Below are positions 37,425 through 51,300 of a stretch of DNA of 64,000 nt, piece by piece. This DNA comes from Phoronis australis. Taxonomy: Eukaryota > Animalia > Phoronida. Within the stretch, counting starts at the first letter, position 1. Each line of letters begins with the position of its first letter. The position numbers and the translations under genes are program-made. Under the pieces are notes generated by a model. The model ran no database searches and was not told where the DNA came from. It was given only the letters and a program-made list of their open reading frames with translations. Where the stretch lies: positions 231,708 to 295,707 of the forward strand of contig NMRA01000085.1 of NCBI GenBank assembly GCA_002633005.1, in the 5' to 3' direction.

Positions 37425-38158
37425 CCGGGTTTGATATCATTTTAAGCGTGTAAAATTGATCTCCATTTGTTTCTAACTCGGACGAGAAGTGACTTCTGTT
37501 ATTGTATTTACTGACAGTCGATCCGTTAACCCCTGAAGCCCGGCTAGGCACATAAAACGACCCACGGTCACAAGTCTGTTTCGCTCAGAGTCTGAACTCA
37601 TTCCGCAGGGTTTGTTTATTTAGAATACCAGTATCCAATCTGTTTACCTAACTGGTAACTCAACCGGGGGTGATGACGCCATCTGTATGCCAGGCCACAG
37701 ACAGTGTTGTTTTGGCAATGGCACCATTTGTGGATAGGTACCTGTGTATCTTTGGCAAATATTAGTCGATTTTGACAAAAAAAAACACACCGTTGTGGTC
37801 GACATAAGATAATTCATTATAAAGAACTACTTTTATCGTAATGGTTCAACATTCTGACCGAATAGACTTCGAAATAAGAAAATAACACTTCCTGTGCAAA
37901 TAGCGTCGCTTGGGTGATTCCCTATCTACCTACAACCACGCGTGTGACAACGAGCTGCAACACAAAAATGGTGCCACATGAGACACGTGGAGTCACGTCC
38001 ATTAATAGCAGAATGTCCAATCTTTTTCATTATTTATATATACTTCGAACTAACGAACAATGGCCAAATATCAGTTTTAATTCATATTTTATGTTAAAAG
38101 ATAATAGAAAGTGCATGTTTGGTGTAGTCGACAGTCAGCTTTTTTGGACTATTGCCCT

Positions 38159-38915
38159 TTAAACTATCAACTTAGACCCTGTTTGAGCAAAATGATCATG
38201 AAGGCAATCTTTTGCTGCTGCACTGGCAAAATCTGTCAACCTGCCCGCAAATAGATGCGTGCTTTTATTTCCTTCCATCACAATGTGGACTATCAAATTG
38301 GCTTCCGAAATTGAATTCTCTGAGAAATTTTTGTTGTTGTTGTCGTTTGTTCCCAAAGAAATACGATAAATATTAGCAAAATACGATGTCATTGTTTCTG
38401 TTGTGCTTACCAAGGGAAATTTGTTTACTGTAATGCCGGATACACAATTGATTCGTGACGCGTGAGAAGATTGCAAGAAAACCTTAACAATAAAAAAAAA
38501 TCCTGATCCTGGGAACACCTTTCGTCTGGAGTTGAAACTGCACGGGGTACATTTTTGATCATACCAAGAAACATTGTTAAAAACAATGGAAAGCACGTAG
38601 GGACACATCTATAAATTCGAGGTGGCACATTTAATAGAATTTTATTCAAACAATCCGAGAAAGAAGGCAATAAGTGTATAAATGTGTGAACCGCTTTCCT
38701 TCGTGTGTCAAATACCATATGGAATCTCATGAAATATGACGTCGCTTTCGTAAAATGTAACAATGGTACATTTCTCGCACGTGCATTCGACGTAATTTGT
38801 AGCACTTACATAAAATGTAACAACTTGTTACATTTTAGGAGAGACCTAGCAACGTAAAATGTAACTGTTACGATAACAGTTGTTACATTTTACGAAATTG
38901 TTACATTTTACGGCG
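38159..38915 (-). mobile_element. Transposon relic with possible SGNH-hydrolase fragment and AAAATGTAAC/GTTACATTTT terminal repeats
   Basis: Peptide KVFLQSSHASRI...VNKFP...RISLGTND resembles SGNH blocks I-III. A 10-mer is repeated in both orientations at 38750-38910. Confidence 0.3.
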
Positions 38916-41895
38916 TGTCTGTGCCCTTTGAAGTAAGCAGTCTGGCTACAAAAGTGCCAATAAATATGCTTGTAGTTTTGTCGTAACTCATACCTTAAAG
39001 TCCTGGTCTCACACGTTGTTAACCCTTATTACATGGTTAGAGGATGTTATAAGGATCCAAGAAGTACCTTCCCCATAACTAATACACAATCTGTAATCGA
39101 ACAAAGCTTAAATAAACGCGCCACTCACGATTCGCACACGAAGAACACACCGCAATTTTGAACTTACCGCGAACCTGGAAGTACAATTCATTCAGGAACC
39201 AAGGCTAAGAAAACGCCGTCAGTGCGACTGGAGCATTGCCTGTTACCAGCCTGCAAACGGTGGTAAAATAATTGACAGCGCGCCTTAATTTTAATAAAAT
39301 GAAAGTACGGACAATTTTATCGAATTTGCTGAAGAAATGTGGCGAATAAATTTTGACAGAAATTATTTTGCCGAACTCGGGACCGCAACCTATCGGACCC
39401 GGTGCTAATCGAGATACTGGCAAACGGTAAAGGCATGCGGTTGCAAGCTATTTTGTCGAAGTAAAAGGTTCAAATCATAAATGCCGTATACATACAAAGG
39501 TAGTTTGAAACACTTGCACGGCTGGTTAGTCCTGTGTCACACTGCCGCGGTAGTCCTTAGCTAGCCTCAGTGCCAGCTACCAGTATGAAGACTATCGTCA
39601 AACTACACCTTGTTAGTAGGCCTATACAGCTTTGCGCCAAGGCTACCCTTAGGCCTACCAGGTCCCTGGCCACAGCGCTCGCTCAAACGAGGTTTATTTA
39701 AAACTTGGGGTCTTCTGACGAACTGTGCAAAGTTGTTGGCTTTCACCAGAGATTTGCCCAGACTTTGCATGAGCGCACCAAGCCTAAAAAATGGGGGGGG
39801 GGGGGNGCTGGAATTTTTGGGAATGTCTACCTTTTACTATACGATTCTGATAATAACCGTTCTTCAGCAACTTCCCCTGCGTTTAATAAACAAACAAGTG
39901 TTGTTTTATTCACGGAGAACAATCCCCTCGATTATACGCTGTCGATCGATGAAACTCTAATTGGTCTATCTAAAAGTTCTGTAACAAAGCATTGATGCGG
40001 GATCGCGGGTGTGGAGAATACGGCTCCAGCAATGGGTGATAGGTGGCGGTAGTATAGTTGGGTTACCCGGTTCTTGGTTGAACGGTAGATAGTTGGCTGA
40101 CAAAGTAGCAACAGCAAGTTGATGGAGAGCAGCATAAAAACTAACGCAGTCGTTGAGTTTCTACTGTAACACAAAGTTTATTAACTCTAACCACAATATA
40201 TATAGTGAAGAGAAATTTGTTTGCGAGTTGTGAGTGCAAAACGACACCAATATCGAAAGTTCTGGTGATTTCGTCCAAATCATAAACATGAATGGAGCCA
40301 TAATTCAGCTGTCTGGCATATAGGGTTTCACTAGTGGGCACTGATCAGTGACATAGTAAACAATAACAAAAGGATGTTCTAGAATTGTTATATAACATAA
40401 ATATAACATAAACTGTTTTGTTGGGAAAGTTGTACGTCAAAGGAAATGAGGAAACTTGAACTTAATGAACTTCATGAGAATTCATGATGACAACGTGATT
40501 GCGATGCAGGGTCTGGCCGTGTTGTGTGCCGGTACCTATGCTGTAACTAAGTTAATGATCCTGCATAAAAAGTCCACACTCGTTTCCAGTTTGACGTATG
40601 TATCCAAACATACAACAAAAATCGCACATCCAGTAGTCAGGGTAATTTTATACAGACATTTCGCCTACTGCGCTCTCGCCAGACTGGACAGAACCAAAGT
40701 ATACAATGCCCTTTTGATTGCCTTTCCACTTTGTTCCGTGCACTAACTGCAACGTGTTTTCTTCTCGTCTTATATATTTCAACCGATGGGCGACTCGAAA
40801 TTCTTAAGTTTCATTAGAGAGATAACGGTTCTTCCGTACAAATATATGCGTCCAGGAAGGCACGTGGTACCGTTAGCACGCAGACGACCTAATCCTGGAG
40901 AATGTTTCATAGCCTACAGACCTAAGTTTTGCAAGAAAAACGAGATCTCCCGAGACGAAAAGCGAGTGTTTTTTAGCATGCTCCACAGCTTACTAGCTTA
41001 TCCCAACAAAATGGCTGCCACTGAAGTGATTGACGGTATGGACTGAACTCGCTATTTCCGTTCCATGAACGCAGATTTTTCACTGCAAGTGCACGCTAAT
41101 ATTTTGTGGTCTACGGAACTCAATCGGATGACATGTTTTCTGCTCTCAACCAGTGTGCTACATTGTTGTCCATTTAAAACTTTTTAAATGGGTGACAAGG
41201 TAGCACTCTCATTCTGTTTATGAGATACATTTTTAAAATGTATATCACGATAGCGAATCCTACCTTGACACCTTCAACAGTCGGGATTGGACAACTCGAT
41301 CGATTTGCGTATATCGAAATCTGCGGGAGTTAATGAAACAGACCATGATGTTGTAGTTAAATACATACAGGATCCAGATGTTATCGTTCTCTACATAATC
41401 AGACCAATCATAAACACAGTGGAGGAGACAATAATATTTCAAAATTTTCTTGAAAGTTCGTAAATGTCATATTTTAATGGTTCGTGAAAAGCACACTTGA
41501 TTAAGTTTTCCAGTTTTGAAAAACGGACAAATAATGTGACGTTAACAACCTAAAACGTTTGTTTAATGTTGTCACATTATGTTCATCATTTATTCTGCTG
41601 GGTGTCCAACATAATGGGAGACTTTCACGAAGCAGTGGGGGCTGATCACGTGGGACCGGTGACTCATATTGCCACCAAGCTGTACCATGGTAGACTTCAA
41701 TAGCTGTCTCGCTGCGAGAAAATCTAACCAAAACCAAGAGCTCTCATTGAAAATATACGGAAATATCTCGCATAATCTCGCAAACACTTGCTTTTCTAGA
41801 GAGGTCCTAACGAGGATAGCTGAAAGCATGTGCGCACGTGCATAAAAGGGAGGGTCGCGGAGAGCAAAGATGCCAGAATATTTCTCATACTAAGG

Positions 41896-43220
41896 CCCAG
41901 AGTGCCTAATCCAAGAATTTTTTGAGTTATGATGTAATCCAGTGGATTTTAATTAAATTGGAGTTTTAAAAAATAACAAAATATCTTATTTACGCTGTCA
42001 GTATGGTGAAGTGCCTTGAATTTTTTAGAACGTAAATGTAGTGAGACAATACCTGTACACTACCACCACGCAATCTCATGCCCGCTGACTAGGTGTCGCA
42101 AGAACAATCCTTCTCAATAAACATTGCATTCCCAATTACTTTCTTCTCGGGATTATTGGGGCAAAATGACAATTATTTTGAATTTGTCATTCTAGCATTT
42201 TGTGATGTTGTTCTGATTGTTTTCTCCATTACAAACACTGATCTAAAAGTTTACCATAATTTGATTAATTCGTTTCCGATGCCATTGAATTATAAGGATG
42301 TTGAATCTTTTTGTTGTTTTCTGGTGGGACGTCTTGGTGCTGCACTGCGTAAAAATGCAATTACTCTATACCATTCCCAGTCTTTCTCACCAAAGTTATG
42401 GTGCAAAACGCCTCTCCTAGCCTTTTTCCTCGTACACAGACGATTTGGTACAAAATGCACCGCTCTAAACGTGGAATAAATATTAAAAGATATTAATTGA
42501 AGCACTTTGTTCTCATTGTGATCTGGCAGTGGCAAGGATTGTTTTCGGTAGCCTATTTAAGCGATTCATTTCCTAGTTGGGTCTCAAAATTGTTTATGGT
42601 TTTGCCCGAACAAAAGTCCCTTTTGAAAATAGTCAAATACTTTCTAGCAATCGGATAACCTGGTAATTTTATCGACTATCTTGTGTTATTTAGGGACAAA
42701 TATTACCAGAATATTGCATTTTTGTAGATCATGACTAAACACTAAAATTACGTATACTTATGTCAAGTAAAAATAATATGGTAAACGAGGCGACACCTGA
42801 CAGTTGAACAGGGAGGTCGCAGGAGATTGGCTTCTCAAAGGAATGCGAAAATTACAGCAAAAGTAAAGCAAATTCACGTAAAAAAATCGAGTTATTTCGA
42901 ATGAAAAAGCTCTGCTGATTTGCTGTGGAATTGTTATCTTGTAATTCAGTTAATATATCGCATTTGTTGAGCTCTTTTCCTGTTAATCCACACGCGGAGC
43001 TTGGTGTTTGCATAAATTCCGTCAAAGGGGAACAAGAAGAAACAAAATTAACAAATTTCTTTTTCTATTTCAAATGTCCGCTGAGATTTAAGAATGTTCT
43101 TTATTTCAAATTTCAACAAAAATAATGAGTCACGAAAATCAATTTTCTCTCAACGCTCGTGAACATGATTCTCACCGCCAAATGTCGAAAGGAACTTTGT
43201 ACAATATTAAGCACTCTACG
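41896..43220 (-). mobile_element. TIR DNA transposon relic with possible MADF/Myb-like fragment
   Basis: Inverted ends AGAGTGCCTAAT / ATTAAGCACTCT. The internal peptide RKKARRG...DWEWYRVIAFL resembles the C-terminus of MADF domains. Confidence 0.35.
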
Positions 43221-45399
43221 AGAGGTTTTGAGCAATTAAAGTCCCCTGTCGGTTTCCTTTGTAACACTTACCTGTAAACCAACACAGATTTGTCTTCTGA
43301 GGCAAAGGAGGAATCTGATGAAGCAGCCCTAAGAATGCTTTTTATGGAATAGTCATGGTTGATTTTCCTCTTTCAACCAACCAGGTACAGTTGTTTGTGG
43401 CGCGTAAACAAGTCATGCTGACGGTCAGTCGTTTAAACAAGTATTAGATACCGGTACATTAACTGGGATTCTTTCTGTAGACTAAGGGTACTAGCAATCA
43501 TGCACGTCTTCGTGAGAAATCCTCACGTGTTCATTAAACGAGAGATACGCTTTACTAACAGGTATTTCATATTTAAGGAACGAAATCTGACGTGCTTCAA
43601 GTATTATCACAAATTCGTAAATAATCAACTACCACAATATTTATAGGACAAAAATATCAACCAAGAACAAACATCACCAGAAGCACTAACCTTTTTGCAA
43701 CTCACAACCCAAAAAGATTTTTGTTTTAAAATACACTAACTACCTCCCCCGATATTGAATCGACCCATTTAAAATATCTTGAGTATCACATTCCACACAT
43801 AGTAAACAACCATTGCACGCTTCCTACTATCATTGACAAAATATCAACTATTAAAAAGCAAGCATTCACTAGTTTTTATAAACAGCACACTATTGACATA
43901 TGTAATGAATTTTTTTTCTTGAAATCAATGTTTCATTTGCTAAAACTTGATTGTCTGTGTTACTTTGTAATTATTTAATTTACGAACTACCAACTGTTCT
44001 TCTAAACTCAATTAATTGCAACGTTTTATGACTTATTTATGTTGAGTACTTAATTATTTATTGTACGATGGCCTGCTTTCAACTTTGAAGCCCAAATTTG
44101 CATATCACCATGGTGATTGTGACTATCTACCTGCTTGTCTGCCGGCCTGTCTACCCATTCATCCCTCTATCCATCCTTCCATCCACCCATCTACAAATAT
44201 ACATATACGTATACTTATAGAACACACACACAAAGTGCCGCGATGTTGAATGTAGTTGTACTTTTTTCTCGTTAAACGGTATATATTTCGAATTTGAAAT
44301 TCCCCGAGAATGAAGATAAGGTATTTTGCTGAACATATGTGAAATATTGTAAAACGGCCAATTTATATAAATAAGGTGTGAGATATCGTTAAGTTGCATT
44401 TACAGGAGGGACAGCTGTCACGGAGCAACTAACACGGAACAACTGATCGGGTGCAAGTATGTGCGCAAACACGACTGACACAGAGCAAGCTGACACCGCG
44501 GAGGCCATTTTTTGTCTTCGGTTTGAGAGGTAGAGCGAGTTGCTGTTGACCAGTTGTTCCAGTTTTAATTACACGTCTGAACGCCACGGGATCAGGGCGG
44601 TAAGGGATCATCTTTCAAGGCACTTCCCACGCCAAATGAAGTCGCATGGGTGTCGCTAGGTATTGTTTAATTTGCGAGATCCATGCGAAGGACATAAGCG
44701 CATCGCATGGTTATCGCCATTGGGACACTTCCATTGTTTTCATTTGTTGAGTCTTTGTTGGACAAAACTATACAGGTGACATTGATATCGTACCTTGAGC
44801 GCACATCAATTGCTATATAGCTTAACTAAGTATAAACATTTACTTCTAGACTCCGTCGTCACCCTAAGGCATAGCCACCACGAGCATTCTGTTGACAAAT
44901 AACATCAAGCCTTGACTGCACGATCCTGTCATATACGCAAACACCATTCGGGCGATATTGGCCTGGTACGGCCTGATGATTACTTAAAGCGCTTTGACTC
45001 AGAATCAAATTCAAAGTTATTACTAATTTAGATATCATTGCAGTTAGTAGTACCAGTAGCTGCCAGTTTTGTTGTTGTTGTCCATCTATATCCTATCTTT
45101 AACGGATATTCTGGGGATGGATCTTTTCCACGAGGGGGGTCCATCGAACCCGGCGAACCCTCCCTGGCCACGGGCCTGAATTTTCACAACTTCAATTCGA
45201 AGGTTTGCTACCTTCGAAAGTTCACTACTTCGAATGTCCACAACTCCGAAACCAGAACTGCGACAGTTCATTACTCTGATTGTCTGCTAATGAGTCGAAG
45301 CTGACGTAAATAAAGTATTGTATTTGTGTCCATTTAGTTACCATTTAAAAGGTGTGCAAAAGTTGAAAAGTTTAAAAAAAAATTGACTACACTCTTTAC

Positions 45400-46239
45400 A
45401 AATGAGCGCAGATACAACCACTGTGACTGCCAGTCGTTACTCTTGAATCTAGCTAACGACTCATTCTCAAGCTGGAAAGACATCTGGTCAGGGCTGCGGC
45501 GACCAACGGCGGTTTTAAATTTAAGAACACTGAATGGTACTCTTTCACTTCGTGAAGACTGTCAGAGACAGGGTAACCTACATTTAGTTTCAAACCGGCC
45601 GTGCGGTGGGTGAGGTTGAGGCGCAGAGGGCCTCAACTTTTCAGTCACGCTGTGAAATGACAAGACGCCGTTTTTTCATAAGGAAATTGAAAATTCAGCC
45701 CCACTGAACAGAAAGCACACATATAAAGACCCTAGAGTAACCGTTAATTAACCTCTGTGACGCGTCGAATGCGAAGTGTTTTCAATCCCTGTCGGACATC
45801 TGCCCAATTCCTAGAGGGTTTTTGTGATACAGACGCCTACAACGGATCGTATGCCAAGAACCCTTTCTACTTTAAATATTAAAACATCAATTATCCCTCT
45901 CTTTACGTCCACGGGCTACAGGTTTCTCCTGAACCACTGCAACTGAAATTTGGCCAATCTACGTTCGTTAGAGCTTTTACGACCTTGTTTTCGGGAACTC
46001 GACAGAATTACCAGGGCAAAGGTAATGGCATCGGGCGCCTGGATTATACCGGGGACAACACGCTGTTTGTTTTTGATCTGAACCTTGACCTGTGGGATGG
46101 GCCCTTTTAATCTGAAAAAGGAAACCTCCGCTTTGCATCAGGGCTGCCTTTTACAGTCAACACCGTTTGTTATGACGAGTTTGAGAACATTGTGGAACTT
46201 GACAGAGCTAGAAACGACTTGCTTGATTTCACAACATGA
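45400..46239 (+). pseudogene. Polinton/Maverick (adintovirus-like) major capsid protein, degraded C-terminal part
   Basis: Across frameshifts: DTDAYNGSYAKNPFYF, LYVHGLQVSPEPLQLKF, VRAFTTLFSGT, GNGIGRLDYTGDNTLFVFDL, TVNTVCYDEFENIVELDRARNDLLDF*. These match the order and pattern of the Polinton MCP (PY) C-terminal motifs. Confidence 0.8.
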
Positions 46240-46652
46240 GGACTGATCAGATCACTACAATTCTTGAAATTGATGACTGTCGGACAGGTCTTTGGCGATT
46301 GTCTTGCAAGTGATGAATTGTGTAACCTAAGTATTTCACATCGGAATGCGTACGTTTGCAGCTACTGTACAATCCTAGTCACAAACCTGGAACACATTGG
46401 GTGACTATTTACTTGACCAAAGATGGAAAAGGAGAATATTTCGACTCTAACGGCATGCCAATGCCATCGGACCACTTCTGAAACTTTCTCGACAGAAATA
46501 CGAATGGACGGACAGCTCAGACAGACAACCTCAGGGGCTTTAATCGACAGTTTGTGGAAAATGTTGTATCTTTTATTTGTTACATCAGTGCCGGGGATGG
46601 ATAATGGACTTCATTGCAAACTTGTTTGATATAGATACCAAAACTAACGACC
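46236..46652 (+). pseudogene. Polinton/Maverick adenain-like cysteine protease, degraded
   Basis: ATG overlaps the MCP stop (ATGA). Motifs PGTHWV, GEYFDSNG, Q...STVCGKCCIFYL and TND follow in the adenoviral protease H/D/Q/C order. Confidence 0.8.
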
Positions 46653-48310
46653 GTAGTTGGGCGGTATTCCAACTTATAACCATACGAAGCTAGTATCAAA
46701 GCCCAATGTTGAAGACGAGCAGCAGCTTGGACTAGAAGTGGACGCGTTGCACCCAGCAATTGAAGAAGCGGTTTGTGATCAGTAATGATAGTGAAGGAAC
46801 GACCACACAGAAACTGATGGAACCGCTTTAATCCAAAAACAATGCTGAACGCTTCCTTGTCGAGTTGAGAATAGTTTTTCTGTGGCTTGGTCAGAGAACA
46901 AGACGCAAAAGCTACAGGGCGGTCTTCGCCATCAATTCGGTGCGAGAGTACAGCACCAGCGCCATAAGAAGAAGCATTGCACGACAAGTATAACGGCAAT
47001 GCATCATCATAGTGTACAAGAGTATGAGAGTTCAGTAAAAGGTTTTTCGCCGAAACAAAAGCTTCTTGTTCAACCTTGCCCCATCTCCATGACATGCCCT
47101 TTCGAAGCAACTTATTCAAGGGTGCCAGAACAGTGGAGTGGAACGGCAGGAACCGGGAGTAGAACATTATGAGTCCTAGGAACGACTTCAACTGAGTAAC
47201 ATCACTCGGGGTAGGGGCATCTTGAATGGCCTTCAGTTTGTCATCAGTCGGGTGGAGACCTTCAGCATCGATTCGGTGAGCTAGATGTCACTGACTTTTT
47301 CTCGAACTGACACTTGGCTTTGTATAATTTGAAACCGGCTGACTGGAGTCTCTCGAACACAGGAGATAATGTAGCGAGGTGATCCTTCCGATCAAGTCCG
47401 GCAACCAAAATGTCGTCCAGGTAACATATCACCTTGGGTATTCCCGCAAGCACAGTGTCCATAATTTCCTGGAACACTCCGGGTTCCGAATGTATACCAT
47501 TTGGAACTCGTTTGTAAGCGAACAGTCCAACATGGGTGTTAATTGTAAGCCACTGTTGCAACTCTTCTGAGACAGGTATTTGATGATATGCCTGCGACAT
47601 GTCAAGGTATACTTGGACTTGGCAGTAGTAGTAGAGCCACTGGAGTGAGGCTTGGGTTTGGACTTACCCTTGATCATGTTCACAGATTGGGTATTGCTCA
47701 TAGCAGAAGCCAGAAAGTTCTTATAGACCGGGATCCCAGAGCCATCCTCTCACTCTCGCACAGTCTCATTGTCCCCTTGAATACAACGATGGAATTTGAG
47801 TGTCTCAGCAACCTCCAGTTTGCGAGGCTCAAAGTGTAATTTTAACATGTCACACAGTTCTTTGAAAGTTTTGTCCTTAGGTAAATCAGGTTTGCATAAG
47901 TCCTGTAGCACATTGTAGGCCTTCTTTCCGATAAGAGTAAGTAGAGATACCACTTTTTTGCGATTAGCAGCTGCAGTGGCCGCTGCATTGGCACCGGCAG
48001 CGGGTTGACCAATGTCATTCGCTAAAAAGTATTCGTTTAGCCTCTCTAACTACGCACATAGCGACTCAGAACAGTAATAAGGTTCCAAAGGCCCGATAGG
48101 CATTCTCGTAGCTTTACCTCGTCGCCAGTGTTATATATTGCGTTGTTTAGCAGCGTTAAAGCACACAGAACACTTAAGAATAAAACAAGCACATTTTGGT
48201 ACCGGAAGACGCACACTCTACGTTGCGCATGCGTACTTTAATCTTTGAATCTAAAATCGGGTTCCAGGCAAATCGGAGAAATTAACTAATAAACTAATGA
48301 GGATACGACA
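46653..48310 (-). mobile_element. Ty3/Gypsy (Mag-like) LTR retrotransposon, internally deleted and 3'-truncated
   Basis: 5' LTR 48129-48310 (TGTCGTAT...ATATAACA on minus), PBS TGGCGACGAGG at about 48117-48127, gag from ATG 48103 (LERLNEYFLAN, LLTLIGKKAY), RT (LDMSQAYHQI, YLDDIL) and RNase H (NASSYG, NYSQLDKEA, TDHKPL). Stops and frameshifts present. Confidence 0.9.
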
Positions 48311-48779
48311 TCGCCGTTAATGTTTTCATTTGTTCCCAGTTTAAACAAATACTCCTGCAATAATGTTTTTCGAACACCCCCTTGTTCAGTTGCCACATCG
48401 ACACTTCTTGCGCCAAGAGCTAATCATATGGCCTTATACTGTGGGCGTGATTTTAAGTACTTTCAGTCAAAAATTTTTGAGAAGGTTAAATGGAGTAGAT
48501 GGTTGCAACCAACATGCCCAAGTGACCCTCATCCCCTGCCGTAGTCCAGGGATAGGGGGGAACCTCTTCTCAACCTCTTATCAGCTGATTTATTTTCAGT
48601 TGAATCAACTAATTTAATTATTAGACAATCAACATTTTTAGGCGACAGATTAGACGGCATGTAAATTTGTTAGGCTGGTGGTGGATCAGTTCCTGATAAG
48701 TCCGTCTGAAAAATTTGCATGCCAACTCACTCATAGTTAAATGTTAAATTAGTCAGTGTTAACAGTTCGGATTTTTTCA

Positions 48780-50260
48780 GATGGACTTGTATCGCAAGCA
48801 ACAGCTCAGTCCAGAGCCCTGAATATGCAAATGAAATTCAAAGACAAAGACCTTGTGTCTTAGAAGCCAAGTACCACAGATCATCATGCTATAAAAATTG
48901 AAAGACAAAGATTGTGAAGAGTGACGAATCCACAGTTTTCAGAGATGTTTTTCTACAGTTTTGTTTGGAGTTCATTGAATCAAAGCTTCTAACACATGGA
49001 GATGTCATTTGCCTTTCCAAACTAAAGCAAGACTTTGAAGCTGTTGTGCAGAAAGCTGGTGTGCATAAAGTTATTTTGACAGGCAATCTTAAGAAACATT
49101 GTTGCAGCTACTCACTGTTGTAATTTGTGCCCGACTAAGTGATACGAAAGTGAATTGAGGCTAGTGTTCAATAACTTGCTGACTGTAATTAACACAGCCC
49201 ATTATAACATATTTTGAATCAAACGTTTGCCCAAATCCTGCCCGCCTCCAAACAAGGACTTAGTGTTTGACCTTTCATTGCCTGCGGGCCAATCACCAGT
49301 GCGCAGAGCTGTACCCTCTCTAATCGACCATAGTTGGCTCCTTGGCGGTGGAGCTTTGCAGTTAAAATGTATGGCAACGCCCGCAGCTTCATTGACAGTC
49401 CTAAACGATGAACGCTGCAAGTGCGAAAAGAACACGTGTGATGGGAAACTGAGTTTGTGCTGCAATGCTGGGTCAAACTGTACAGAAATGTGCAGCTGTG
49501 ACAACTTGTAGTATAACATTGGATAGTTCTTTGACAAGTCAACCCTAAATAGGCCTCCAATCCCGTTATTTCGTTTTTTGTATTAAAAAGTGAATTTTAT
49601 TTGTTGAGTAAGTCACAGAAAGTACATACTTTGATCATTGTCATGTGTTTGTCTCATACTGCTTAATATACGCTGTCAGAATAATCTATTATTTACATAC
49701 AGTCTGTGTGCAAATTCACAGAGATCATTCAACTATATCATTTTTGTACTATAACGTATTTCTGGTGTATTATGCAAATAAGCTATATTTTACACCATTA
49801 GTCAATGGTTCAGTAACTGAGGCACAAATTGTGCCCAGTCTCAAGTGTTTTGTGTTATTTTTGTTGCCAGATAATGGCAGAATAACCTCATAGTAACATT
49901 CAGACTTAGTTTGCATTTCTGTCACTAGGTGTAACTTTACATTTTTTAAATTTCACTGTTGACAATTAGTCTACAATAGTAAAACATGTAATGTGAGTGT
50001 ATTATTGTTCAATACAATGACATTGATGGGACCATATTACATGTTCTACAAAAAAGATAGCAAAAGCTGTTGTTTTTACAAATATAAGTTCTCTAACCTC
50101 TATGGTGATGCAATTTCAAACTCAAATTTCTCAAAAATGTGAAACTTTATGCGTGGGAACTTTTCAGATTCTGAAAACACTCTAGTAAATGAATTAAAAA
50201 ACACCAAAATAAAATTGCCCCCCCTAAAGTACTCACAAAAACCATTTTATAGAAGCACTA
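48780..50260 (+). mobile_element. Academ-like DNA transposon relic
   Basis: EAKYH motif near 48863; C-terminal PPP...PS..DHSW...CKCEK..C......C......CTEMCSC cluster (49227-49511) typical of Academ transposases; right end ...AGAAGCACTA (TAG terminus on minus). Confidence 0.6.
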
Positions 50261-50989
50261 CAAATCCTGGCCTACCGCCTACTAGTCTAGTGTGCCAATG
50301 CAATGGCAATGAATAGCAGTAGTTCAGCATATATTCTTGTCTGACCCACCTTCACGGGAGCTTATATGATGTACATGCACGTGTGTACATATGAGAGGTT
50401 GTGGTCTGAAAAGATCGCGACATTCTCCCGAGGCCGTGACTCACTCAGCCACGCCTATCATGGTATTCAGTGCAACGATTAAAATAAGTGACTGTGTGTG
50501 GCCTACAATCTCTACCACAAAGACAAAATATTTCGACAAAATTCATAACGCGTCAGAATCCAGCACGGTATACGACCTAAGTATGAAATGTTTCCTACAC
50601 GTTATTAGTGATTTATTCCTTTGAATTGCGGGAGTTTGATGAAAACAGAGCGATTTAAAAAGTTGTAAATCCACTAGCTGACATTCCTACTGGAAGTCGC
50701 CATGTTGAGAAACTAGTTTGACCTATAAAACAACTGACCAACAGAATGCCTTGTTTCTTGAAATCGGAACAGCCAATGATGTTCCAAGAAGGCAGAGGGA
50801 AAAGTGCGCTTGTAGCAAACCCCAACCAATCTAGAGGGTATGTGAAGGAGACTACAGCTAGCCTTGGTACAAAGCTGTATACTAAATATACAGCTTGAGT
50901 AAAATAACATATTTGCCGGTGTTGGAAAAATTAGCGTTCTGCCGTTAATCGGCTTCTGTACACGCAAACATTAGCTTGAGCGGTGAAAA

Positions 50990-51300
50990 AAGGGTTGGTC
51001 ATCTGATCATGTTGAACATGCTGGTGAATGTTTTACAAAGAAACGACTCGAACAAAATCTGATTAGGTTGTTTTGAATGCGAACGAATGCACACGAATGT
51101 TTTCGGTGACTCGAAAGAAAAAAATCGAAGCGAAAATTTTCAACTATCTGACGGCCATTTTTTCAGTCCTCTCAGGATGTACAAAAGTTAGGCTTGAATT
51201 TTGTAACAAACTGCGACAAAACAGTCGATGCATTGCTTTGAGACCTTCTACAGGCCCACTGCAACAATGGACGATGTATTTTTACCACCCCTCTTCGGAT
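50990..51300 (+). repeat. Dispersed ~320-bp repeat, second copy at about 57200-57545
   Basis: Shared GTTGAACATGCTGGT, AAACGACTCGAACAA, AACTATCTGAC and GTCGATGCATTGCTTTGAGACCTT. Confidence 0.75.

Noticed and set aside
43560-44080. L1-like RT fragment (PFKYL-like motif)
   Set aside because: Too degraded and AT-rich to support without a database search.
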